From Myxococcales bacterium (lineage in GTDB: Bacteria > Myxococcota_A > Polyangia > Polyangiales > DASUME01), in assembly GCA_047601445.1 (NCBI GenBank), contig JASGJH010000001.1, positions 64,001-128,000 on the forward strand: a DNA stretch of 64,000 nucleotides. Direction: 5' to 3'. Shown piece after piece: positions 35,001-46,089 of the stretch (the first letter of the stretch is position 1; each line of letters opens with the position of its first letter). The position numbers and the translations under genes are program-made. Below the pieces are notes generated by a model that was not told where the DNA came from, searched no databases, and saw nothing but the letters and a program-made list of their open reading frames with translations.

Positions 35001-35129
35001 GGGTGGGTGCCATCAAAGCATGAGTTTCTCAGTGTTGTAACAATTGCGCGCGGGCGTTTGATCTTAGGCGGAGTACAATGCCAGCAGGTACAAATCGTGA
35101 TAGATAATGCTTGCAGGCGAGTATTATAG
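26049..35129 (+). CDS. Giant secreted Calx-beta/YD-RHS polymorphic toxin, heavily frameshifted
   Basis: LEGRYALT planctomycete export-like motif near 26190; Calx-beta repeats (T.DGSATAG.DY, EGNETV); YD repeats; RHS core WISEDP...YVGNSPTIYVDPSGL at ~34215-34311. Confidence 0.85.
29485..31680 (+). repeat. Eleven PDPDGSGSL-type coding repeats inside the YD region
   Basis: Copies near 29490, 29900, then about every 150 bp from 30445 to 31650. Confidence 0.8.
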
Positions 35130-35140
35130 GAGAGTATAGG

Positions 35141-35916
35141 ATGCTTTTTAGGACATTCATTGTATGTGCCGTCTGTTGTGCGATTACATGCAAAAAGTGC
35201 TGTGCCGACCAGAAGCCAACTGGGGAAGGAGGTTGGCTTCAATGAACTACCTGAGCGAACTTGAACGAGAGTACAAAGCACGGGTAGCACCACTTGCGAA
35301 CCTGCCGCCTCAGGAAGGTAAGGATCGCTATGAAGCAGAGATGTTACAGGCACAAAAGCTGTTCATAGAGCGTGTTGGTGACGATGAAGTTGCGCAGAAG
35401 CGGCTCATTGCTGCCATTTTGATGGTCCCGGACAATGGCTTTGCACACATCGCTCTTTGTCAGCTAATCGAACTTCTCGCGAGGCAAGAAATGCGTGACA
35501 AACTAGTTGAAGTTCTGTCGAAGCGATGTCCAAGCAAGTTCGGCTTGCATATGGGCGTTGAGGATTACTTAATCATTCTTCGGAATAAGGAACTTAAGGA
35601 GGGGACGCTAATTTTATGTGATGCTTTTGAAAAAGCGACAGACGAGGACGCTAGGCACTCATTAGCAGACGCAATCCGTCGCGGGTTTAAGTTTGCCGGG
35701 ATCACTTCAACCGATGATACACAAGTGGTTGATCAATGCCGTCGATGGTTCAGTACGAATTATCGTGCCTACGAGCCGAATACACGGTATTTGGGCCATT
35801 TCAATCAAAGCAAGTTTCCTTATGACACCGAAGGCGTGCTCGTCACGAAGAGAGAAGCCGAGAGAAGAAGGAATACGCTCAAAGACACTACATTGCCGCC
35901 AGGACAACCGCAATAG
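35141..35916 (+). CDS. Candidate immunity protein
   Basis: Immediately follows the toxin tip; lower GC; helical protein; start either 35141 (signal-like, frameshifted) or 35242. Confidence 0.5.
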
Positions 35917-36130
35917 CCGACGATTCTGCACAGTAGCCCGTATGGTGCAAAAATTAAACGGCTATCAAAAAGCTAAGAAATACTTGGGAGGAGCGACATT
36001 CACTCAATCAGTTTTGTTTGCGAGGAGGGCTATTTTTGAAGCCAACGACTGAGCCTTCATCGACACTTCTGCGAGAAAAGAGCGGCAGCCGCACAGCGCC
36101 GAGCGTCGGAGCAACAGAGGGTTGCAATGT

Positions 36131-36350
36131 TCATGCGACGGCTCGGTAGTAATGCTTCAAGAGTCCACTGATCCGTTCGCGACACACAACTGCACCGTCG
36201 GTAGAGCCGGCCAAGTCGTCCGGATCGCTAGAACCGCAACCGATTCGCGCACAACCAACACTTTCAGCACTCGGTTCTCGGTTTGCAGGTACTCCATCAG
36301 CTTTTGCTGCTCGGGATTCACCCACTCCGCCAGGTACAATTGCCACATGA
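36131..36350 (-). pseudogene. Internally deleted integrase-core (rve) transposase remnant
   Basis: N-terminal-type QQKLMEYLQTENRVLK adjacent to C-terminal-type CRERISGLLKHYYRAVA. Confidence 0.6.
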
Positions 36351-36828
36351 GTGCAACATGCTTATCAAATAGAACGCGAATTTCGCTAGAGCAGGTCTCG
36401 TGCCAATTTGCCGGCATCTGCCAGTCCAGCCCAAAATAGTTCAATAGCCGTCCAGTCACCCCGAGTTAATTTCTAACCAAAGCCATCATTTTTTTGCGTT
36501 GGGAATTGCTCGGGCGTTGGCTGCTCTCGGATCGTTCAATCGCGGTTTGATCGTCGGCGTGTTTTTTTCCCGAAGCTGCTTTTCTCCCAAAGTCGTGGCT
36601 GCAGTCCGTTGCTCGATTCCGTGCAGCTAGATTCGTGGTTTCGGCTTCGAGAATCCGAATTGGCAACAATTTGGTAACAGCATTGGCCGCATTACCCCCA
36701 CACGACTACAATGTTGCCGAATTGGGGGCGACGAAGTAACCGCCTCAGAACTTAGTATTTACCCGTCATTTCAACGCCAAAGCCACATTACCGCAGCACG
36801 AGCGAAGCAGCCAAAGAAGGCACTCAAA

Positions 36829-36883
36829 CCAGACTTAGGATCTGGTGTCGCAAGACGTGCAGGTTCAAGTCCTGTCTCGCGCA
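36829..36883 (+). other. 3' fragment of tRNA-Leu(TAG), putative att site
   Basis: Anticodon arm CCAGA-CTTAGGA-TCTGG, long variable arm, GGTTCAAGTCC T-arm and acceptor 3' strand, but no recognisable D-arm upstream. Confidence 0.8.
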
Positions 36884-37112
36884 CTTATAATCAGTCTTGC
36901 TGATGTTTTTACGTCTGAAAATCGTTAAAGGCAAAATTAATTTCGCGTTGCATTTTATTGTTGCTTTGAGGGCTAGGCAGCCAATACTCAGCAATGAGAG
37001 CGGTGCGACGGTTTCTTGTGTCCAACGCTTTGATAGGCAGCCTTAGAGATGCTGCTATCTGGATTTGCTGCCCCACAGGGAGTCGCTTCGGCTCGTGGAA
37101 GCTGAAGGGTCA

Positions 37113-38503
37113 TTACTTACACCAGAATGGTTTGTAGACGCGGCCGAGGATGGAGGTGCGGGTGATGCCGGGGGAGTTCCAGTCGCGGCTGTCGATGGAG
37201 ATTGGTTGATTGTCGCCGAGGAGTGCAAATTGATTGGGAAGGAGAGGGGTGAGGGCGTTCCCACGAGCGGCAGGCCGTGGGAATCGAGGTAGTAAATATC
37301 TCGCCAGATGCGAAGTTGCTCGACTTGCAGGCCAAGGCCGCGGGTGCCGATGGCGAGAGGATAGAGCGCGGGAGAACTGCCGGCAACGGATCGCTCATAA
37401 GGATGCACCAAGATGGCTTTACCTTGAACGGCAAGTAGCACTTGCTGATCGCAGAGACCGAATTCGAGATCGAGCGGGTGCTGAGTGAATTTGACTTTAT
37501 GCGGTTGATCACTGACGGCTTGGCCGTTGATGCGTAGCACGACGCGCGGAGTGCGGCTCGATTTCAACTTCTAACCGCTGCAAGCCATCCGTCGCGGCGA
37601 AGGCCAAACTGCCTGTTCCACTGGCACCTCAACTGGCAGGTGAGCAGCACATCATGGACGGCATTTAGTGCTCGGTGAGTTTCCGCTTGGTTGTAGCTGT
37701 CGTTGTCGGTGATTGGGCTGTTCACACCGCGTGAACGAACCTCAGCTGTGCAGGGCCAGTGCTCGTATTCCAGCCAATCAAAGCCGGTTGAGGGGGCAGT
37801 GGCCGGTTCGATTTGCACGCCAGTGGCGGCGAATTGCCAACGAGCATTGCCGTCGCGCGGCTTCCAGCGGGAAGGTAGGCCAGCCGTGAGGTGCGGCTGA
37901 TAAGCGTTGTCATGAACAAGTAACCGCAGAGCGTGAAATTCGGCTAACGATTTGCGAATTAATCGCTGGCCATCGTACAGATCTCCATCGCGAATGATCA
38001 GTCGCTCGCCTGGCAGCAGGGCGATGCGTTTGACGGCCAAGTCAGCGGAATCGCCCGGAGCTTCCAAGGCCACAACACTGCTGCGGCGGAAACGGCGAAA
38101 AAAAGGTTGCCATGAATCGATGAACACTCGATCGGGCGGCAATTCCTTTGCTTCAGTTAATGAATTATGGATAAAACCGCAATTGGGACAGGCGGCTTGG
38201 TGATCGGGCGGCACGTGATCGGCGTCACAGCTAAATTGAAAGCCACAGTCTGCACAGACAACTGCAAAATGCCGGCCGTAGAGGGCTGGCGCCATGGAAG
38301 GACCAATGATTGTAATTCGCCTGAGCAATCCCTGGACAAACGACAGCCGTACGCCTGCGAGAAAACACCAGAGTAACCAGAACCACAACAATGCCGCGGC
38401 GCAATCGCCTGAGCAATGGGCTGTCATCGGCTGCCATTGCAGGAGAAGCGGTAATAGCGGCTGCCGGACCAATGGTCTGCGTGTTGGTATTTCTATTACC
38501 CAT
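37113..38503 (-). CDS. Signal peptidase I (S26) family protein, planctomycete type (frameshifted)
   Basis: GPSMAP serine motif, CxxC pairs, VKRI...PGE lysine motif, C-terminal GDNQPISIDSR. Confidence 0.8.
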
Positions 38504-38520
38504 GACCTACAAAAACTTGA

Positions 38521-38877
38521 TCATGAAAGCTCGCTGCGGAACACAAAAAATACTGCCCCGCAGAGGCAGAGGGCAGCCCACAAATAGTCGAGCTTGATCG
38601 GTTCGTGCAAATACCAAATTGAGAAAGGAACAAACACACCGAGTGTGATCACCTCTTGCATAATTTTAAGTTGGCCCACGTTGAATGCTGCATGTCCAAT
38701 GCGGTTGGCTGGCACTTGCAGCAAATACTCAAACAGGGCGATCCCCCAACTCACAAGTGCTGCAATGTACCAGGCGTGGTCCTTTAAGCTCTTCAGATGG
38801 CCATACCAAGCGAACGTCATAAACACGTTCGAGGCGATAAGTAGCAGGACTGTTTTCGACAGTACAGGCAAGTTCAC
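38521..38877 (-). CDS. DMT-family small membrane protein (DUF486-like)
   Basis: SNVFMTFAWYGHLK, FEYLLQVPANRIG, QLKIMQEVITL. Confidence 0.88.
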   Translation of the reverse strand: MNLPVLSKTVLLLIASNVFMTFAWYGHLKSLKDHAWYIAALVSWGIALFEYLLQVPANRIGHAAFNVGQLKIMQEVITLGVFVPFSIWYLHEPIKLDYLWAALCLCGAVFFVFRSELS

Positions 38878-39021
38878 AGCGCGCTCCCAGACGTTTGGTC
38901 GATGGACAAATGCCGCTTATTTCGGCGATACACTTATCGTACCAAGAATGGCGCAATACCAAATGTGAGCAGACTTTCTGCCGTACCAAACAGAAGAACA
39001 GCAAAAAGCTGGTGACCAACT

Positions 39022-40041
39022 TCAGTCGGTGGTCACATTTTGCCCATCGTCGCGCAGGCAGAGTCGCGTAAGATCGATTTGTGTGAGGGTCTGGGTAATG
39101 AACCGCGTTGAACCATCCCCCATCGCAAAATTTGCCCCATTCGGATGGTTGCTGCCAAACGCACAGATACGTTGATTGTAAAGCGTCTGCTGAAACGTGC
39201 CGCTCGATGTACCCTGGGGAATGCGGTAATTGATCAGTGCCGCAGCACTGAGCGTGACGTCGCCAGCAGCCAGTCGCCCGCCAGAGGGTGCCCACCAACC
39301 AACGGCAGAAATTTTATTGAGTGCCGTGCTAGAGCCACCGCCGCCTCCTCCGCCACCACCACCAGATTGCCCTACCAGCGAATCATGCACCGGATCGGTA
39401 TGGCTTCGTTCGCCGAACAAAATAGTATTGGAAAGGCCGTCAGAAACTTCGGCCATACGAATCGGTTGGCCACCAGGATTGGTCTCTGAACCTGGGCCGA
39501 TGACATGAAAAATGCCGTCGTTCGTTGCTGTGGCTGGATCATACGATCGTGCGCCGCCATTGCCTCCGTAACTTGTCAATGCGTAAAGCGCGCTGCTGGT
39601 TGCGATCGGGTTTTGCGGTAGATAGTCCGAAGGGCAAAGCAAGACTTTGATTTTTTGCGCCGTCTTGGCACTCGTTCCGCCAAGTGTGTTATTTACGGGA
39701 TCGGTCTCGTCCCACCCCTGAACCAAACTCGCTTGTTCCAAATACGGCATCAGTTTCACATAGAGCGAAATGCCTCGATATTGCGGCGCGGCCGAAAACT
39801 TCATTTGGTACACGCCAGGAGGAAACGCTTTGTTTGTGTCGTGAAAGCTATGAGACGCCAGGCCGAGTTGCCGCAGTTGGTTAACACATTGCGTGCGGCG
39901 GGCCGCTTCGCGAGCCATCTGCACGGCCGGCAGGAGCAATGCAACTAGCACTCCAATAATGGCGATCACCACCAACAATTCAACCAGCGTAAATCCACAA
40001 CGGGCCAGAGTGCGACACATGCGTGCTTGATTGCTTGTCAT
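39022..40041 (-). CDS. DUF1559 prepilin-type protein
   Basis: [53 protein letters not shown]. Confidence 0.95.
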   Translation of the reverse strand: MTSNQARMCRTLARCGFTLVELLVVIAIIGVLVALLLPAVQMAREAARRTQCVNQLRQLGLASHSFHDTNKAFPPGVYQMKFSAAPQYRGISLYVKLMPYLEQASLVQGWDETDPVNNTLGGTSAKTAQKIKVLLCPSDYLPQNPIATSSALYALTSYGGNGGARSYDPATATNDGIFHVIGPGSETNPGGQPIRMAEVSDGLSNTILFGERSHTDPVHDSLVGQSGGGGGGGGGGSSTALNKISAVGWWAPSGGRLAAGDVTLSAAALINYRIPQGTSSGTFQQTLYNQRICAFGSNHPNGANFAMGDGSTRFITQTLTQIDLTRLCLRDDGQNVTTD

Positions 40042-40046
40042 AGGGT

Positions 40047-40461
40047 TTATTTCTTCTCAACCAATTCGATTTGCTGCGGATCGCTAACTTCGATGCGTGG
40101 CACATCATCCACGACACTTACAACTCCCTTCACACGGATCAGCTTGCCGCGAAAATGCTCTTCGAAATCACGCACTCCTAAATTCTGAAATTGGGCGGCC
40201 CCTTCGCGATTGATGACCGTGGCAAAAATTTTTCTCGCTGCGAAAATCGAGCTCCGCATCAAGATAAATTTCGCCCCGTTTTTCCAAACGGTCTTTCGCT
40301 GTTTTGACTTCCATCTCAACCAGAATCTGCTCACCCACCTTCTTGCGAGCCTCCATCGGAGTCAGCGGCTTGGGCGGGGCATCGTCGGCCTGAACTAAGG
40401 AAGGGATAGCCAATGCCGCCACGGCAAGCGCAAGCACAACTGTGCAACGAATGGAATTCAT
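40047..40461 (-). CDS. Secreted OB-fold-like protein (frameshifted)
   Basis: Signal peptide; two overlapping ORFs ending [10 protein letters not shown]...[11 protein letters not shown]. Confidence 0.55.
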
Positions 40462-40524
40462 GATCTTGTGCCCGGGGAGGAGAGGCTGGCGAGTGGCATA
40501 ATAGTAGCGTAAAATGTCACCATT

Positions 40525-41599
40525 ATGCCAGGGGACGAACGCTTAAACAGCCGCGTAAAATCACTCCGCCAAGCCCGTGGCTGGACACAAGACGAGTTGG
40601 CGCAGAGCTGCTGGCCTGTCACGGACAGGCGTCAGTGCGATTGAAGCTGCTCGGCTGGTTCCTTCGGTAGCGGCAGCTCTCAGCTTGGCTCGGGCTTTGG
40701 AGTGTTCCGTCGAAGAATTGTTTGCCCCGCGAACAATTTCGCGTGGTACCGAGTTCGCTTGGCTACCGATAGCGTTTCCTTGTCGCTATTGGATGGCGGA
40801 GGTTGGGGGGCGCACATTGCTCTTCCCGGTAGAAAGCGGTCCGTGCGGCAACGTATTGCATGACGGCATCGCTCGGCACGCGAGCGATCTGCCACAACGT
40901 GGCGAGTTGGCTCACAGAACCCTGGTTCCTGCTTCATGCGACCCAGCCGCCGGGCTGCTGGCAACCCTGTATCAGCGAGACAGCGGCCACCGAATGCTGA
41001 CCTTCACGCGATCGAGCAGCGAAGCTCTCGCACTGGTCGAACAGAGATTGGCTCACGTTGCAGGCGTTCATTTGGCCGCTGCAGACGACAACCGCGGCAA
41101 CGCGGCAATGATCGCTAGTCACCAGCCGCTGTGCGAGTTGGAGTTGCTGCACGTCGCGCGATGGGAAGAAGGATTGGCTTGCCACCCGCGGCGCAGGATT
41201 CGTTCGGCTGCGGCGGCGGCCAAAAGCAAGCTGCGATGGGTCGGCCGGTCGGCGGGGGCCGGGGCGCGGCGTTGTCAGGACGAACTGCTTGGGAGGCGGC
41301 AAACGCCTAAACAAGTGGCCCGCGATCATCGCGGCGTCGTTGAGGCGATTCGTGGTGGCTGGGCTGACGTGGGGGTCTGCCTGCGTCTGGCGAGTGAAGA
41401 AGGACAACTTACATTTCTGCCGATTGGCGAAGAAAATTACGACCTGTGTTTTCGCCGCGATCAAGCAGCCGATCTGCGGATCGCCGCACTCCACAATACC
41501 ATCCGTTCGGCCGAATATCGCCGACTGCTGGGCGACTTGCCCGGTTACCAACCACAGTCGCACTTGGGAGAAATCGAGCATGTTTATCGCGACCGGTAA
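40525..41599 (+). CDS. XRE HTH plus periplasmic-binding-type (molybdate-binding-like) regulator (frameshift near 40600)
   Basis: GLSRTGVSAIEAARLVPS HTH; SSSEAL, AHVAGVH, WEEGL, ADVGV, EENYDL. Confidence 0.8.
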
Positions 41600-42433
41600 G
41601 CGAGCTTGTTTTGTCGCTGCGTTGTCATTGCTTGCTGCTTCCTCAACATTTGCTCAAGAGCGACAGCTGGCTTCGTCGTCCGTCGTGCGGTGTGCGGTTT
41701 CCGGCGGCCTCAACGAGATCGACTTTTGGCCACAACTGGCCGATCGCTTTCAACGGACCACAGGGCATCGCCTGGAAATCGCAGCGACGGGGCCGAAGCA
41801 GGTTATTTCTGCGGCTTTTTTGTCGGGCGAAGCCGACGTGATCGCCATGCACACCAGCGACACGATCGTCAACCTTGTGGCCGATGGTCATGGTGAAAAC
41901 TTACAACCATGGGCCAAGAGAACGATTTTGTCATCGTTGGTCCAACCAGCGACCCGGCCAAGATCAAAGGCGAAAAAGACGCTATTGCCGCCTTGAGCAA
42001 GATCATCGCCTCGAAATCAAAACTGCTGCTCCATGCCAGCAATGGAGCCAACGAGCTAGTGAGCGATTTGCTGTCAGCTGGCGAACTGGAACTTGATCCA
42101 CAAACGACGATCAGCCTTCCTGGCGACAAACATCGTCAAATGCTTAAGCGAGCCGCGGCCGAGCAAGCCTACACGATTGTTGGACGCATCCCTTTCTTAA
42201 GTGGCAAGCTTGAAGCGGGTCAAATGGCAATCATGGTACAGGGGGACGAACGGCTACGTCGCACTTATCTGGCTGTTGTCTCCACTCAGATTAATGACAG
42301 CCAAAAAGTTACGGCTGCTCGCCGCTTCGCCACATTCCTCCGCGAATCTGCCACGCAGCAATTCATTGCCGAATTCGGCCGCGGCAAATTCGATGACCAA
42401 CCTTTACTGTTTTCAGTCAAGGTCACCCCGTAG
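41580..42433 (+). CDS. Substrate-binding protein, TupA/tungstate-like (frameshifted)
   Basis: Signal peptide, GEADVIAMH, NDFVIVGPTSDPAKI, QFIAEFG. Confidence 0.7.
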
Positions 42434-42462
42434 TTCTGGTTATTTTCAACCAGTTAGCTGAC

Positions 42463-43458
42463 TTACGGCTTGAGCACGATCTTGCCGCAGAGTGTGCCAG
42501 ATTTTTGGAGTGTGTTTTCTTCTTGCAACTTGTGAGCGGCGGCGGCCTCAGATAGGGGCATTACACGGCTGATGTGGGCCTTGAGTTTGCCGGCGGCGAG
42601 CCAGTGGTTAATATCGTCGGCACAAGCTCTTTGCTCGCCGGCTGTGGCCTTGAACATCACGAAGCCGTGAAGCGAGCAACCTTTGACGTAAAACGGGCCA
42701 ACGGGAAATTGCGGGCGGGCGTCACGTCCAGCCATGAGAATGATGCGGCCGCGTTCGCCCAAATACGAAACAATTTTGTCGAAATCAGGCTCGCGGACCG
42801 TTTCCCAATAGACATTGACGCCGTTGGGCACAGTCGCTTTCACGGCAACAGCCACGTCATCGGTTTTATAGTTGAGCGGCAAATCGACGCCGAGTTTTTT
42901 CAGGACTGCAATTTTTTCGGTGTTGCCGGCGGTTGCGATGACGCGGGCGCCAATGATCTTGGCCATTTGCACTACCAGCGAGCCAACCCCCCCGCTGCCA
43001 CCGTTGACGAAAATGGTTTCGCCCGCTTCCAGCCGGGCCTCGCGAACGAGCCCCAAATGGGCAGTGATACCGACGAGAGCACACGCAGCGGCCTCTTCGT
43101 CGGTGACGTTGGCCGGCGTGGAATAGAGCCACTGCTCATCGACGGCTGCGTATTCGGCAAAAGTTCCCTGGCGGCCAAGCAAGCCTTGATTGGAGCCCCA
43201 CACACGATCACCAACTTTGAATCGCCGTGACTCAGGACCGACGGCCTCAACTGTGCCGGCCAGATCACAGCCGATGATGAACGGCTTGGGCAATTCCCAA
43301 TAGTTCGCCCCATTACGAAGATAGGTATCGATTGGATTTAGCGCCACCGCACCGACGCGTACCAAAACTTGCGAACCCGTGGGTACGGGCTGCGGCACAT
43401 CGCCGAACTTAATGGTCGATTCGGCCGGTCCAGTAGCTTCGATATACGCGGCTTTCAT
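42463..43458 (-). CDS. NADPH:quinone reductase (zeta-crystallin/MDR family)
   Basis: LNPIDTY, GCDLAG, GTFAEY, VNGGSGGVG, GKIVL. Confidence 0.92.
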   Translation of the reverse strand: MKAAYIEATGPAESTIKFGDVPQPVPTGSQVLVRVGAVALNPIDTYLRNGANYWELPKPFIIGCDLAGTVEAVGPESRRFKVGDRVWGSNQGLLGRQGTFAEYAAVDEQWLYSTPANVTDEEAAACALVGITAHLGLVREARLEAGETIFVNGGSGGVGSLVVQMAKIIGARVIATAGNTEKIAVLKKLGVDLPLNYKTDDVAVAVKATVPNGVNVYWETVREPDFDKIVSYLGERGRIILMAGRDARPQFPVGPFYVKGCSLHGFVMFKATAGEQRACADDINHWLAAGKLKAHISRVMPLSEAAAAHKLQEENTLQKSGTLCGKIVLKP

Positions 43459-43638
43459 GCGAACTCTCGACGTGTAAACAACGACAGGAAACGGCGACAG
43501 AAGATTAGCAGTCGCCATCGTAATGCTTGCTGGCGATGAAGAAAACGACAGAGACAAGGCAAGCAGTTGCCAGGCAACGCCTCGAACGATGCAAGAATTT
43601 TCTGGCCAGATTCGTCGCAGTGCAAAACACTGCACCGT

Positions 43639-44712
43639 TTAGATCGCCGAAGGCGCGGTGGCTTCAGTCGGTTGTATCCCATCGGTGCCTGATGGCAGCT
43701 CTTTAGCCTCGTGCATGAGCTCACGAACCTCTCGGCGGCCGGCGAGCCAGTATCCCAAGCCAATGGTGGCGATGCAGATCTGCACGATTCGATAGGTCAT
43801 GGCGACCAATAAACCCATGTTCGGCGGAGCACCAGGAGGAGAGACCGCTCGCAAGAGTAGTGTGATCACGACCTCATAACTCCCGATCGGCAGCGCACCC
43901 GCGATCATAGATGGAGGGACAATCACAAAAATCGAACTGGCTGGCGGACGATACTCGGGTGCGATGCCGATGCCAAGTGTTACTAACCAGACGAAGGCGA
44001 TGTACGACAGATGCACGATCAAGCTCATCCCGACCGCTGCCGCCAGCAGATCGAGTCGCTGACGATAGTGCTGCGCATTGCACCAACCAATTTGTGCAAC
44101 ACCGGACCAAACAATGGGACATGTTCGAGCAGATCCCACAACTTCGATTGTGTGACCGCGGGGATCAACAAGCAGGCAAGCCCGATCGAACCGGCGAGCG
44201 CAGCGAATTGAGCGCCACGAGCAAATTCGACGAATCATTGCCTGCTCGCTTTACTCCCAACTACGCCACTTGTTCGGCAGGCAATAGCAACGAGGCAATT
44301 GCAGCGAGCAAGAGCAACGCGTAAAGTCCGAGCACGCGATCAACCAAAACGGAAGCAACCGCTTCGTCTTCCTCTGCGGATTCCGGTGAATCAGCATCAC
44401 GGATTTGAGCGAATCGCCCGCGACCAAACCTAACGGCAACAAATTAGCCAGATACCCCAAAAACCGGTGGAATGTTTCGCCAATAGTGAACGACAGGCCA
44501 ATCGCCCGCACCAACAACTGCCAACGAAGAATGGTGAGCGTCACGGCAAACAAGCAGACCGGCAAAGCGGCTGCTAAGACCCGCCAATTCTTCTCTCCCT
44601 TTAGAAGCACAGTAAATTTTGGATCGGATGCTGCAGTCACGGCTAAATAGCCGATCAACACTGCCGAAACTCCCAGCTTCAGAAAGGTGGAGAGGACTTT
44701 TTTTGCTTGCAC
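43639..44712 (-). CDS. Lysylphosphatidylglycerol synthase TM-domain (flippase-like) membrane protein (frameshifted)
   Basis: LRWQLLV, LGYLANLLPLGLVAGD, LVAMTYR; hydrophobic throughout. Confidence 0.75.
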
Positions 44713-44872
44713 GAGAACCTCATTCCTTCCCTGGAGCCCTGGCTGAACCTCTGTCGCTGCCGAGCGTCCTTGACACTGCGAAACAGCACTGATAGCTTCA
44801 CCTTACATCTGGTTCAGGCCGATAAAGACCAAGCGGTTTATCCAATATTAGCCCGCAATCAGCAAGTTCGAC

Positions 44873-44945
<73 letters not shown>

Positions 44946-45260
44946 CTGCAATCATAAGTCCTTGTCAGATAGTTAGTTAAGAAACGTCTGGCAAGCAATC
45001 TACGCGACCTGCTCTATGGTCGCAAGGGTTACAAAATCTAGGCTGTAACCCGTGGGGGATTCGAGGGGCGTGCTCAGCCCCCTGCCCTCCCGCTCAGCTG
45101 AGGCTCTTCGTCGAGCATTTCCAGCCGGAGCCAGTCCAAAAAGTCTCAGAGTCTCACCCAGCACCGAGACGCCCCAGGATCCTTGTTCGGGAGGCGGTGA
45201 GGACGTGCGTCTTGTGCATATTCAATCCTCGACGAGCCGCCAAGTAGAATATTCGCAGAT

Positions 45261-45659
45261 TCACCGGACGATTGGGTTTGCGGAGCCAGCCACCGTCGAT
45301 GTCGGTGCCGAAAAGGGAGTCCGCACGTCGAAGGTAATATTAACCAATTCGTCCTTCGCACCGACCTCTACGCCAAATCGATTCGCAGGTACGTCTTCCC
45401 CGTCGAAGGTCACGCGGTACTTTCCCATAGGAATGTGTTCCAACAAAAACATTCCGTTGACAACATTTGTGCCGCGAAATTCTCCGTCCGCGAAATGTAG
45501 AAAAGCTCGTCCATCTGATACTGGCTTGCCTGCCACAAGAAAGAAACCCTGTAATTTCGTCCCGCCGAGTCGTGGAATGGAGTTCCAGCACCGCCACCAG
45601 CATGAACCCATTGCCACGGTTACTGTCAACCACAGCAAATCTCTAATCGTAAAGCGCAT
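45261..45659 (-). CDS. Small protein with MRFTIRDLLWL head and carboxypeptidase-regulatory-like beta domain
   Basis: SD GGAGGA; GKPV...NGMF...GKYRVT pattern. Confidence 0.55.
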   Translation of the reverse strand: MRFTIRDLLWLTVTVAMGSCWWRCWNSIPRLGGTKLQGFFLVAGKPVSDGRAFLHFADGEFRGTNVVNGMFLLEHIPMGKYRVTFDGEDVPANRFGVEVGAKDELVNITFDVRTPFSAPTSTVAGSANPIVR

Positions 45660-45769
45660 AAAAGTATTCCTCCGATTGGCAGGTGAGTACGCCATACGCA
45701 CGGTTGAGTCAATGCGAATTCGATAACTTCTGTAGCCCCCCTCACTGGCGGGCGGTAGGATGGGGCCGG

Positions 45770-46078
45770 ATGGACAGCTTTTTAAGAACCTCGCTCGCAT
45801 CGCTCCATCGCCACTGCGACCCGCCTTGGTGGCTGAGGCTCCAATATAGATTCCTAAGTTTCTTTGACCGTGATGTCGCCTACGATGAGGAAACGCAGAG
45901 TTGGTATCGAGCTATGCGTGCGGCTGTCCAATCCATGACGCCAGAAGAACGCTTAAATCCTGAGATGATCGACGGCGGTCGCATCCTTAGGATCGCCTCC
46001 GGCAGCGGTGTTGCCCGCAAAAATGTTCGGTGGGCCAAATCGTGGTTGGCGATCTGGAAACAGAACCATTCGTCGTAA
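45770..46078 (+). CDS. Stand-alone SRP54/Ffh M-domain-like protein
   Basis: AVQSMTPEERLNPEMIDGGRILRIASGSG matches the Ffh RNA-binding motif. Confidence 0.65.
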   Translation: MDSFLRTSLASLHRHCDPPWWLRLQYRFLSFFDRDVAYDEETQSWYRAMRAAVQSMTPEERLNPEMIDGGRILRIASGSGVARKNVRWAKSWLAIWKQNHSS

Positions 46079-46089
46079 TAGTGGTCCCC

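Larger units (their letters stand above)
1..36883. mobile_element. Integrative, probably mobilizable genomic island inserted at tRNA-Leu (left end outside window)
   Basis: Integrase, excisionase-like HTH, MobF relaxase, ArdC, ParA/RHH, RepL-like, TA and cargo genes; bounded on the right by a 3' tRNA-Leu fragment; chromosomal-type genes follow. Confidence 0.7.

Noticed and set aside
36796..36883. Intact tRNA-Leu using GCACGAG as the 5' acceptor strand
   Set aside because: The acceptor has a mismatch, the spacing is too long (26 nt) and there is no D-arm consensus; treated as an att fragment
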